Assembly: GCA_964016885.1 (NCBI GenBank)
Contig: OZ024763.1
Coordinates: 5,456,001-5,520,000, forward strand
Source of the DNA: Eledone cirrhosa
Lineage: Eukaryota
DNA: 64,000 nt
Direction of reading: 5' to 3'
Shown here: positions 11,352 through 24,467 of the stretch, in pieces
How the letters are laid out: each line of letters begins with the position of its first letter
Numbering within the stretch: position 1 is the first letter of the stretch
Notes under the pieces: generated by a model
Databases searched by the model: none
The model's input: the letters and a program-made list of their open reading frames with translations, nothing else
Told to the model about the DNA's origin: nothing
Made by a program: the position numbers and the translations under genes

Positions 11352-14300
11352 ATTATTATTATTATTATTGTTGTTTTTATTCTTTTCCTTCAGTATTGTT
11401 TCTGATATTTGCTGTGTGTCTGCCTGACTCCTCAGGCAACTAATGTCACTGTATACCTTGGTAAGCCAGTTAATACACCACATTGATTATAATTTACAGC
11501 TTATCATTCTTAAAGAAGGATATCATTCTTACAGAGATACTGCTCCACACACACACACACAACCACATAATGGGGTGGATATCATTCTTACAGAGATACT
11601 GCTCCACACACACACACACACAACCACATAATAGGGTGGATATCATTCTTACAGAGATACTGCTCCACACACACAACCACATAAGGGGGTGGATATCATT
11701 CTTACAGAGATACTGCTCCACACACACACACACACACAACCACATAATGGGGTGGATATCATTCTTACAGAGATACTGCTCCACACACACACACACACAC
11801 ACACACACAACCACATAATGGGGTGGATATCATTCTTACAGAGATACTGCTCCACACATACACACACACACAACCACATAAGGGGGTGGATATCATTCTT
11901 ACAGAGATACTGCTCCACACACACACACAACCACATAATGGGGTGGATATCATTCTTACAGAGATACTGCTCCACACACACACACACAACCACATAAGGG
12001 GGTGGATATCATTCTTACAGAGATACTGCTCCCACACACACACACACACACAACCACATAATGGGGTGGATATCATTCTTACAGAGATACTGCTCCACAC
12101 ACACACACACACACAACCACATAATGGGGTGGATATCATTCTTACAGAGATACTGCTCCACACACACACACACACACAACCACATAATGGGGTGGATATC
12201 ATTCTTCAGAGATACTGCTCCACACACACACACACACACAACCACATAAGGGGGTGGATATCATTCTTACAGAGATACTGCTCCACACACACACACAACC
12301 ACATAAGGGGGTGGATATCATTCTTACAGAGATACTGCTCCACACACACACACACACACAACCACATAATGGGGTGGATATCATTCTTACAGAGATACTG
12401 CTCCACACACACACACACAACCACATAATGGGGTGGATATCATTCTTACAGAGATACTGCTCCACACACACACACACACACAACCACATAATGGGGTGGA
12501 TATCATTCTTACAGAGATACTGCTCCACACACACACACACACACACACAACCACATAATGGGGTGGATATCATTCTTACAGAGATACTGCTCCACACACA
12601 CACACACAACCACATAAGGGGGTGGATATCATTCTTACAGAGATACTGCTCCACACACACACACACACACACACAACCACATAATGGGGTGGATATCATT
12701 CTTACAGAGATACTGCTCCACACACACACACACACACAACCACATAATGGGGTGGATATCATTCTTACAGAGATACTGCTCCACACACACACACACACAC
12801 AACCACATAATGGGGTGGATATCATTCTTACAGAGATACTGCTCCACACACACACACACACACAACCACATAATGGGGTGGATATCATTCTTACAGAGAT
12901 ACTGCTCCACACACACACACACACACACAACCACATAATGGGGTGGATATCATTCTTACAGAGATACTGCTCCACACACACACACACACACAACCACATA
13001 ATGGGGTGGATATCATTCTTACAGAGATACTGCTCCACACACACACACACACACAACCACATAATGGGGTGGATATCATTCTTACAGAGATACTGCTCCA
13101 CACACACACACAACCACATCATGGGGTGGATATCATTCTTACAGAGATACTGCTCCACACACACACACACACACAACCACATAATGGGGTGGATATCATT
13201 CTTACAGAGATACTGCTCCACACACACACACACACACAACCACATAATGGGGTGGATATCATTCTTACAGAGATACTGCTCCACACACACACAACCACAT
13301 AAGGGGGTGGATATCATTCTTACAGAGATACTGCTCCACACACACACACACACACAACCACATAATGGGGTGGATATCATTCTTACAGAGATACTGCTCC
13401 ACACACACACACACACAACCACATAATGGGGTGGATATCATTCTTACAGAGATACTGCTCCACACACACACACACACACAACCACATAATGGGGTGGATA
13501 TCATTCTTACAGAGATACTGCTCCACACACACACACACAACCACATAAGGGGGTGGATATCATTCTTACAGAGATACTGCTCCACACACACACACACACA
13601 ACCACATAATGGGGTGGATATCATTCTTACAGAGATACTGCTCCACACACACACACACAACCACATAAGGGGGTGGATATCATTCTTACAGAGATACTGC
13701 TCCACACACACACACACACACACACACCACATAATGGGGTGGATATCATTCTTACAGAGATACTGCTCCACACACACACACACAACCACATAATGGGGTG
13801 GATATCATTCTTACAGAGATACTGCTCCACACACACACACACACACAACCACATAATGGGGTGGATATCATTCTTACAGAGATACTGCTCCACACACACA
13901 CACACACACAACCACATAATGGGGTGGATATCATTCTTACAGAGATACTGCTCCACACACACACACACACACAACCACATAATGGGGTGGATATCATTCT
14001 TACAGAGATACTGCTCCACACACACACACACAACCACATAATGGGGTGGATATCATTCTTACAGAGATGCTGCTCCACACACACACACACAACCACATAA
14101 GGGGGTGGATATCATTCTTACAGAGATACTGCTCCACACACACACACAACCACATAATGGGGTGGATATCATTCTTACAGAGATACTGCTCCACACACAC
14201 ACACACAACCACATAAGGGGGTGGATATCATTCTTACAGAGATACTGCTCCACACACACACACACACATAAGGGGGTGGATATCATTCTTACAGAGATAC

Positions 14301-17300
14301 TGCTCCACACACACACACACAACCACATAATGGGGTGGATATCATTCTTACAGAGATACTGCTCCACACACACACACACAACCACATAATGGGGTGGATA
14401 TCATTCTTACAGAGATACTGCTCCACACACACACACAACCACATAATGGGGTGGATATCATTCTTACAGAGATACTGCTCCACACACACACACACAACCA
14501 CATAAGGGGGTGGATATCATTCTTACAGAGATACTGCTCCACACACACACACACACACACACCACATAAGGGGGTGGATATCATTCTTACAGAGACACTG
14601 CTCCACACACACACACACACACAACCACATAAGGGGGTGGATATCATTCTTACAGAGATACTGCTCCACACACACACACACAACCACATAATGGGGTGGA
14701 TATCATTCTTACAGAGATACTGCTCCACACACACACACACAACCACATAATGGGGTGGATATCATTCTTACAGAGACACTGCTCCACACACACACACACA
14801 CACAACCACATAAGGGGGTGGATATCATTCTTACAGAGATACTGCTCCACACACACACACACACACAACCACATAAGGGGGTGGATATCATTCTTACAGA
14901 GATACTGCTCCACACACACACACACACACAACCACATAAGGGGGTGGATATCATTCTTACAGAGACACTGCTCCACACACACACACACAACCACATAAGG
15001 GGGTGGATATCATTCTTACAGAGATACTGCTCCACACACACACACACAACCACATAATGGGGTGGATATCATTCTTACAGAGATACTGCTCCACACACAC
15101 ACACACACACAACCACATAATGGGGTGGATATCATTCTTACAGAGATACTGCTCCACACACACACACACACAACCACATAATGGGGTGGATATCATTCTT
15201 ACAGAGATACTGCTCCACACACACACACACACACAACCACATAATGGGGTGGATATCATTCTTACAGAGATACTGCTCCACACACACACACACAACCACA
15301 TAAGGGGGTGGATATCATTCTTACAGAGATACTGCTCCACACACACACACACACAACCACATAATGGGGTGGATATCATTCTTACAGAGATACTGCTCCA
15401 CACACACACACACAACCACATAAGGGGGTGGATATCATTCTTACAGAGATACTGCTCCACACACACACACACACACACAACCACATAATGGGGTGGATAT
15501 CATTCTTACAGAGATACTGCTCCACACACACACACACAACCACATAATGGGGTGGATATCATTCTTACAGAGATACTGCTCCACACACACACACACACAC
15601 AACCACATAATGGGGTGGATATCATTCTTACAGAGATACTGCTCCACACACACACACACACACAACCACATAATGGGGTGGATATCATTCTTACAGAGAT
15701 ACTGCTCCACACACACACACACACACAACCACATAATGGGGTGGATATCATTCTTACAGAGATACTGCTCCACACACACACACACAACCACATAATGGGG
15801 TGGATATCATTCTTACAGAGATGCTGCTCCACACACACACACACAACCACATAAGGGGGTGGATATCATTCTTACAGAGATACTGCTCCACACACACACA
15901 CAACCACATAATGGGGTGGATATCATTCTTACAGAGATACTGCTCCACACACACACACACAACCACATAAGGGGGTGGATATCATTCTTACAGAGATACT
16001 GCTCCACACACACACACACACATAAGGGGGTGGATATCATTCTTACAGAGATACTGCTCCACACACACACACACAACCACATAATGGGGTGGATATCATT
16101 CTTACAGAGATACTGCTCCACACACACACACAACCACATAATGGGGTGGATATCATTCTTACAGAGATACTGCTCCACACACACACAACCACATAATGGG
16201 GTGGATATCATTCTTACAGAGATACTGCTCCACACACACACACACAACCACATAAGGGGGTGGATATCATTCTTACAGAGATACTGCTCCACACACACAC
16301 ACACACACAACCACATAAGGGGGTGGATATCATTCTTACAGAGACACTGCTCCACACACACACACACACACAACCACATAAGGGGGTGGATATCATTCTT
16401 ACAGAGATACTGCTCCACACACACACACACAACCACATAATGGGGTGGATATCATTCTTACAGAGATACTGCTCCACACACACACACACAACCACATAAT
16501 GGGGTGGATATCATTCTTACAGAGACACTGCTCCACACACACACACACACACAACCACATAAGGGGGTGGATATCATTCTTACAGAGATACTGCTCCACA
16601 CACACACACACACACAACCACATAAGGGGGTGGATATCATTCTTACAGAGATACTGCTCCACACACACACACACACACAACCACATAAGGGGGTGGATAT
16701 CATTCTTACAGAGACACTGCTCCACACACACACACACAACCACATAAGGGGGTGGATATCATTCTTACAGAGATACTGCTCCACACACACACACACAACC
16801 ACATAATGGGGTGGATATCATTCTTACAGAGATACTGCTCCACACACACAACCACATAATGGGGTGGATATCATTCTTACAGAGACACTGCTCCACACAC
16901 ACACACACACACAACCACATAATGGGGTGGATATCATTCTTACAGAGATACTGCTCCACACACACACACAACCACATAAGGGGGTGGATATCATTCTTAC
17001 AGAGATACTGCTCCACACACACACACACACACACAACCACATAAGGGGGTGGATATCATTCTTACAGAGATACTGCTCCACACACACACACACACATAAG
17101 GGGGTGGATATCATTCTTACAGAGATAGTGCTCCACACACACACACACAACCACATAAGGGGGTGGATATCATTCTTACAGAGATACTGCTCCACACACA
17201 CACACACACACAACCACATAAGGGGGTGGATATCATTCTTACAGAGATACTGCTCCACACACACACAACCACATAAGGGGGTGGATATCATTCTTACAGA

Positions 17301-18762
17301 GATACTGCTCCACACACACACACAACCACATAAGGGGGTGGATATCATTCTTACAGAGATACTGCTCCACACACACACACACACATAAGGGGGTGGATAT
17401 CATTCTTACAGAGATAGTGCTCCACACACACACACACACACAACCACATAATGGGGTGGATATCATTCTTACAGAGATACTGCTCCACACACACACACAC
17501 ACACAACCACATAAGGGGGTGGATATCATTCTTACAGAGATACTGCTCCACACACACACACACACACAACCACATAAGGGGGTGGATATCATTCTTACAG
17601 AGATACTGCTCCACACACACACACACACACACATAAGGGGGTGGATATCATTCTTACAGAGATACTGCTCCACACACACACACACAACCACATAAGGGGG
17701 TGGATATCATTCTTACAGAGATACTGCTCCACACACACACACACACACACATAAGGGGGTGGATATCATTCTTACAGAGATACTGCTCCACACACACACA
17801 CACAACCACATAAGGGGGTGGATATCATTCTTACAGAGATACTGCTCCACACACACACACACACACACAACCACATAATGGGGTGGATATCATTCTTACA
17901 GAGATACTGCTCCACACACACACACACACACAACCACATAATGGGGTGGATATCATTCTTACAGAGATACTGCTCCACACACACACACAACCACATAAGG
18001 GGGTGGATATCATTCTTACAGAGATACTGCTCCACACACACACACACACACAACCACATAAGGGGGTGGATATCATTCTTACAGAGATACTGCTCCACAC
18101 ACACACACACACACAACCACATAATGGGGTGGATATCATTCTTACAGAGATACTGCTCCACACACACACACACACATAAGGGGGTGGATATCATTCTTAC
18201 AGAGATACTGCTCCACACACACACACACAACCACATAAGGGGGTGGATATCATTCTTACAGAGATACTGCTCCACACACACACAACCACATAAGGGGGTG
18301 GATATCATTCTTACAGAGATACTGCTCCACACACACACAACCACATAAGGGGGTGGATATCATTCTTACAGAGATACTGCTCCACACACACACACACAAC
18401 CACATAAGGGGGTGGATATCATTCTTACAGAGATACTGCTCCACACACACACACAACCACATAAGGGGGTGGATATCATTCTTACAGAGATACTGCTCCA
18501 CACACACACACAACCACATAAGGGGGTGGATATCATTCTTACAGAGATACTGCTCTTCTCAATACATGGGCAGAACCAGTCAAAACAATTTTGTTGCACC
18601 TCTTGCAGAGAGGGTAAACCAGGAATCATCCTCAAATACTGTTCTGTTCCTTTCTTGATCATTCCCAGTCCTCCCAAAATCACTGGTATTGTAACGGCCT
18701 TGAGGTGCCACATTTTTTCGATTTCAATAAGCAGATCTTTTATTATTATTATTATTATTATT
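11352..18762 (-). mobile_element. 5'-truncated Dong/R4-type (RLE) non-LTR retrotransposon 3' end, split by a satellite
   Basis: 18740-18539 encodes KDLLIEIEKMWHLKAVTIPVILGGLGMIKKG...LQEVQ/KIVLTGSAHVLRRAVSL* (one frameshift); 3' UTR resumes at 11517-11370 and ends in (AAT)n; (AAT)n at both ends. Confidence 0.75.
11518..18555. repeat. Satellite array, ~53-67-bp unit with variable (CA)n, roughly 115-120 copies
   Basis: ggatatcattcttacagagatactgctc-(ca)n-accacataa(t/g)ggggt; ~1.75-kb higher-order duplication. Confidence 0.97.
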
Positions 18763-19317
18763 GTGATTTGAAACTTCCCTTCAGTTCTGCTTCTTTCCCA
18801 AATCATGTCGAGAATGTCAGCCTGACACCCGAGGAGGCAATATTTGATAATCCACATATTTTACAATCAATTGTCACATAAATGATGCCACAAGGAGGGA
18901 ACAAACAACAGTAAATGTCTTTGCAAGCATTTTAAATTGATAATGTCCTTCTCAGGACAGGGACAGTACCAGACTGCACTATTTTCTGTATCTCTTATAG
19001 AGATGGCTTTACAGGTATCTGGTGCAAATATTTTTCAGGAGAACATACTGCCATGCAGTGTTTTTTGTTCCTATTTAATTCAGTCTCCATTCACCTTCAT
19101 GTTTTTGCCATCAATTTCATGTTCTTTGCAGCTTTTACTGCAGAAGCGCCATCATTTTTCAGAATGTATTCCCAATTCTTTATTGTTGTTGTTGTCGTTG
19201 TCGTTGTCGTCATCCACTTTTGTCCCCAAAAGCAGCAACCTTCAGAATTCGGTAATCAGAAGAAGGGAGGTAGGTGTAAAAGTCAAACTCAATATCTTTA
19301 ATTTGGCATTTGTACCA

Positions 19318-19605
19318 ACAGAGGTGGTGAATTGTCAGAGTTGTCAGAACGTCAATTAGAATGCCTTGCAGTATTCATTCCAACTCTCTACTCTCTGAGT
19401 TCAAATCCCACCGAGGTCAACTTTGCTTTTCCTTCATTCGAGGTCGATAAAAAAAAAAGTACCAGTCTAGTACTGGGGTTGATTCTTCCTCTATACTGCT
19501 TTCTCACTTTCTTTTCTCTATATCTCTTTCTCACTTTCTTTTCTCTATATCTCTTTCTCACTTTCTTTTCTCTATATCTCTTTCTCACTTTCTTTTCTCT
19601 ATCCT
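19318..19605 (+). mobile_element. Degenerate tRNA-SINE followed by a 27-bp pyrimidine-rich tandem repeat
   Basis: ctgagttcaaatccc...gaggtcgataaaa...agtaccag; (tttctcactttcttttctctatatctc) about 4 copies. Confidence 0.7.
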
Positions 19606-20002
19606 TCTCTGGAAGAAATCTGCTATACTCAAACCTGGAGAGGAGAAGGGCTCTGCCAGGTTTTTAAAAATGCCTTAGAAATGCTGTATGTTAATACAGC
19701 ACCTCGACAACTCTCTCAGAAGTTATGGGGGAAAAGGATTCATGCCAACCCTTAACACAAACTACTTAACATCTATGCAATACAAGCAGAGGCATAACTA
19801 GGTAAAATAGCATCTATAGCAAACAGTGAAATTGCTCCCCTGCCGAGCTCTGTATTTTTACCTATGGAGGCCTAATAATTTATATAAAGGGTTTAATGAT
19901 CCAGCCACCATAGTGTTCTCACCCTTGACAGAGACAGATCATATATCTGAAGGAGTTTCTTTTTTTACTCTGACGAGACTTATTTGACTTTAATAGAAAC
20001 TC

Positions 20003-20200
20003 TGGTCTTTAATAATTGTTTCTACTTTAGGCACAAGGCCAGAAATTACCCAGTGCATTACTGGTACTTTATTTTATCGACCCCGTAAGGATGAAAGGCA
20101 AAGTCAACCTCGGCGGGATTTGGTCTTTAATAATTGTTTCTACTTTAGGCACAAGGCCAGCAATTACCCAGTGCATTACTGGATTTGGTCTTTAATAATG
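20003..20200 (-). mobile_element. Two truncated SINE 3' fragments
   Basis: Reverse complement of SINE tail twice; tggtctttaataat repeated three times. Confidence 0.7.
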
Positions 20201-20693
20201 CCCTCTGGTGGTGTCCAGCAGAAGCAAGGGGGACAACCATCTATGCATTTCAGGCTTGACTGGCCTTCGTTGGGACTATCCCTCCCACCGCTTGCGACTG
20301 CTGAACTTCAAAACAGTCGAGAATATATAGTTTCTCGTCTGTGTAAATTAGGTGATTAATCTCATTTGCATATGAAGCTGCATAAATTGGCTCAACTTAT
20401 AATAGAAAAGAAATAAGATCTGGCTTCAAGCATAGCTTTATACAATATGTATATAAATATATATATACATACACATACACTGTATACATACACTATATAT
20501 GATGTCCAAAAGAAAGGCAATAACCAATACAGCTTGGTACCCAATGTCACAACTCATTTCTACAGCTGAGTGAACTGAAGCAACGTGAAATAAAGTGTCT
20601 TGCTCAAGGAAACAATGCAAAGCCTGGTCAGAGAATCAAACTTACATTTGTAAGCCTGACGCTCTAACCAGTTGTAGCAGTCAGATACATATA

Positions 20694-20757
20694 CACCACC
20701 ACCACCACCATCATCATCACCATCATCCTCACCACCACCATCATCATCATCACCACC

Positions 20758-20788
<31 letters not shown>

Positions 20789-21130
20789 CCACCATAATCA
20801 TCATCACCATAATCACCACCATCATCACCACCATCACCACCATAATCACCACCATCATCACCACCATAATCATCATCACCACCACCATCATCACCACCAC
20901 AATCACCACCACCATCATCATCACCACCATCATCATCACCACCATCACCACCACCATCATCCTCACCACCATCATCATCACCATCATCACCATAATCATC
21001 ACCATCATCACCTCCATCATCATCATCATCATCACCATCATCACCATAATCATCACCATCATCACCACCATCATCATCATTATCATCACCATCATCACCA
21101 TAACAATCATCACCTCCATCATCATCACCA
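20694..21130. repeat. (CAC/CAT)n trinucleotide microsatellite
   Basis: Direct reading. Confidence 0.95.
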
Positions 21131-21185
21131 TGTCCACTTGTCCATGCTTGCATGGATTCGACAGGTCCTTTTCAGCTCAGCATCT

Positions 21186-21812
21186 CACCACCAAAACCAC
21201 TCCTTGACACCACCAAAACCACCCCTTGACACCACCAAAACCATCCCTGGTGTCACCAAAACCACCCCTTGACACCACCAAAACCACCCTTGACACCACC
21301 AAAACCACCCTTGACATCACCAAAACCACCCCTTGACACCACCAAAACCATCCCTGGTGTCACCAAAACCACCCCTTGACACCACCAAAACCACCCCTTG
21401 ACACCACCAAAACCATCCCTGGTGTCACCAAAACCACCCCTTGACACCACCAAAACCACCGTTAACACCACCAAAACCACCCTTGACACCACCAAAACCA
21501 CCCTTAACACCACCAAAACCACCCTTAACACCACCAAAACTACCCTTAACACAACCAAAACCACCCTTAACACAACCAAAACAACCTTTAACACAACCAA
21601 AACAACCTTTAACACCACAAAAACCACCCTTAACACCACCAAAACCACCCTTAACACCACCAAAACAACCTTTAACACCACAAAAACCACCCTTAACACC
21701 ACCAAAACTACCCTTAACACAACCAAAACTACCCTTAACACAACCAAAACTACCCTTAACACAACCAAAACCACCCTCGATACCACCAAAACAACCTTTA
21801 ACACCACAAAAA
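21186..21812. repeat. 21/22-bp C/A-rich minisatellite
   Basis: (acaccaccaaaaccaccctt(g/a)a)n, about 29 copies. Confidence 0.9.
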
Positions 21813-22350
21813 CCAGCCGTGGCACCCCTACCCCACCCACAAAGACCACCGCCACCACCTCAACAACAGTAACGATATGAAAAAAAAAATAACATTTATT
21901 TATAACAACAATAGTCTTTTGTCAACTTTGTTCTTTGAAATAAATGTCTCCCACGCCACCACCTTCAACATCACCTACAGCTAGTCTGATAGCTTATCTA
22001 CCACTACTGCTACTACTACCACTACTACTGCTACAAACATCTTCACCACCACTACTACAACTACTACCAATGCCACCATAACAACTACCAACAACAACAC
22101 CACCACCACTATTACTACCACCACAACTACTCTCACCAACACCACCACAACCTACTATATAAGTAACTGTTCTGGAACAACAAACATCAAATGCTATATA
22201 CAATATATACACACAGTATATATATTATATAACACTGGCAAAAAAACCCACCCTTCACTATATATATATATATATTCTACTAATACTTACTGAATAAATA
22301 TATATATACTGTACATATATATATAATATATTGTTCTACCAACTTCCATC

Positions 22351-22396
22351 ATGGATCCCAAGACTTCCTCTATTCTGTTACTTCTCTTCCTCTCAG
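22351..22396 (+). CDS. Ly6/uPAR three-finger (quiver/sleepless-like) gene, exon 1 (signal peptide)
   Basis: catcATGG start; MDPKTSSILLLLFLS then AG|GTAAGA, phase 1; joins exon 2 as ...FLS-V-QYTSA|LICYQC. Confidence 0.75.
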
Positions 22397-22848
22397 GTAA
22401 GAAGAGCTCTCTATTTCTTCTCTTCCTCTCAGGTAAGATCTCTCTATTACTTTTCTTCCTCTTAGGTAAGAAGAGCTCTCTATTACTTCTCTTCCTCTCA
22501 AGTAAGAGCTCTCTATTACTTTTCTTCCTCTCAGGTAAGAAGAGCTCTCTATTATTTTTCTTCCTCTCAAGTAAGAGCTATTACTTTTCTTCCTCTTAGG
22601 TAAGAAGAGCTCTCTATTACTTCTCTTCCTCTCAAGTAAGAGCTCTCTATTACTTTTCTTCCTCTCAGGTAAGAAGAGCTCTCTATTATTTTTCTTCCTC
22701 TCAAGTAAGAGCTATTACTTTTCTTCCTCTTAGGTAAGAAGAGCTCTCTATTATTTCTCTTCCTCTCAAGTAAGAGCTCTCTATTACTTTTCTTCCTCTC
22801 AGGTAAGAAGAGCTCTCTATTATTTTTCTTCCTCTCAGGTAAGAAGAT
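22366..22848 (+). repeat. Tandem array of 29/33/36-bp units each containing a GTAAGA splice donor
   Basis: 14 GTAAGA motifs, after positions 22396, 22432, 22465, 22501, 22534, 22570, 22599, 22635, 22668, 22704, 22733, 22769, 22802, 22838. Confidence 0.95.
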
Positions 22849-22931
22849 CTCATTCCAAATTATATTTGTTTTGGTGTCGTTTTGTTTTGCGTATTGAGAT
22901 GAATCGCATGAAATGCTTTGAATGCACAAAA

Positions 22932-23021
22932 CTTATCTGAGGACCTTGCGAATGCAGAGTCAGGTTCGATCTGTAACAAATCCTGCCTTGAGCTGATCGT
23001 CAGAGAAACATATGTAATATG
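22932..23021 (+). ncRNA. Type I hammerhead motif with extended helix II in Ly6 intron 1
   Basis: cttat-CTGAGGA (22937-22943)-61 nt-GAAAC ATAT GTA-atatg; helix III is the palindrome ACATATGT. Confidence 0.55.
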
Positions 23022-23424
23022 TTAATAAATTGTGTTTTGATGCATCACTGATTCCTCGTTATCTATAATAATATACTCTGCTCTGCGCAAGCATCAAGTA
23101 TTCAAATGGCATACCACCTACGGAGACATTTATTGCAACCATACAACTATGTATAATCATACACAAAATGCCAGCAACAACAGTTTTGCAAGAGATGTCA
23201 ACTTCAATGGACCTGTTATTTTTATCTAAAGACATTTTTTCCAATTCCATCCTGCACGTCCCCTCAATCTTATTTCTCATTCTTTCTTCTGATGAAGGAC
23301 TAGCGTCCTAAACGTTCAGACCCTCTTCCGGCTATATCAAGTGTTAACCTAATATATTCCTTCCATATACTGTACCGATTGTGTTGTTATTTCTGTTTGC
23401 CTTTTACATACATACATACATACA

Positions 23425-23762
23425 TCCCTGTCCCACTACCCCCACCCCATCCACACCACCCCCTTAAATGTAAAGTTATGTTGGTACCACAACATCCAGT
23501 CCGAAACAAATGAGGTCGTGTAGGTGTCACGACAAAAAAAAACACACAGTCCACTCTGTAATGTGGCCGTGTAGGTAACACGGTAAAAACCTCCCAGTCC
23601 CACACTGTAAACGTGGTTGGTGTTAGGAAGGGCATCCAGCCGTAGAAAACCCGCCAGACAGTCCTGAGCAAGACAACCAATCTTGCCTCAAGTGGGAAAA
23701 TTCCCGTCCAAACCCATGCTAGCGTGGAAGATGGACGTTAAATGATGATGATGATGATGATA
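23425..23762 (+). mobile_element. RTE 3'-UTR fragment with (GAT)n tail
   Basis: 5' part matches the 3' UTR of the RTE at 61455-61532. Confidence 0.75.
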
Positions 23763-24171
23763 CATAGTATATATACACTATACATGATGTTGTCCAAGAG
23801 AAAGACAATGACTTATACAGACAGCTTGGCACAACTGATGTCACAACTAATTTCTTCTACAGCTGAGTGAACTGGAATAACATGAAACAAAGTATCTTTC
23901 TCTGAAATCTGATGAGCATATTTTAATGTTTGAGATGTCCTCTCTTCCCTTCTATTTCTTCCTGCCTATCAATTCTTCGAGTCAACTCACTTCGAGCCAC
24001 TGATTTCTGTCCTTCAAGGTATTTTTTTTACCCAACGCTGCTTCAGCTGCATTTTACTGTTTTAACAGCTTCCTTACGCCGAGTTTTTCCATTTTCCTAC
24101 AAATTCTAATACACTCGCGTTTCAAAACTCGATATTTGAGTTAATTTTGCTTATATATTTCTGTATTTCAG

Positions 24172-24312
24172 TGCAATATACTTCTGCTCTGATTTGTTAT
24201 CAATGTCAAAGTAACGATACAACTTCCGATTGCTTCAGTCCTGTTAAACTAGAGAAATTCGCTGCAAGATGTGACAAGAGTAATTGTTTAATAGACTTGA
24301 AGTCATGCTCTG
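24172..24312 (+). CDS. Ly6/three-finger gene, exon 2
   Basis: tttcAG/GTaaga, phase 1-1; QYTSALICYQCQSNDTTSDCFSPVKLEKFAARCDKSNCLIDLKSCS with the LxCYxC start motif. Confidence 0.85.
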
Positions 24313-24467
24313 GTAAGACTCAATGTGAAACTTCAATAAATCATTAAAACAAATATATAAAGGTTTATAAATATCAGTAGAAACTATGTAATATAAGAGC
24401 CCTTGGCCATAAGTGTATTGCTTCTATCATTTTTGGAGGGTGCAGATATTCATAATATTTCTGCCAA

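Noticed and set aside
11518-18555. CRISPR-like repeat-spacer layout (28-bp constant repeat, ~30-bp linker)
   Set aside because: Linkers are near-identical and differ only in (CA)n length; no cas genes; eukaryotic context
11483-18658. Many His/Thr- and Cys/Val-rich ORFs up to 407 aa
   Set aside because: Translations of the satellite in several frames; no splice or coding signal
20560-21272. Poly-His and Gly/Asp-rich ORFs
   Set aside because: Trinucleotide microsatellite, open in several frames by construction
21253-21880. Mucin- or extensin-like TTKTTLN / PPKPPLT ORFs
   Set aside because: 21-bp minisatellite open in multiple frames; no signal peptide or clear exon borders
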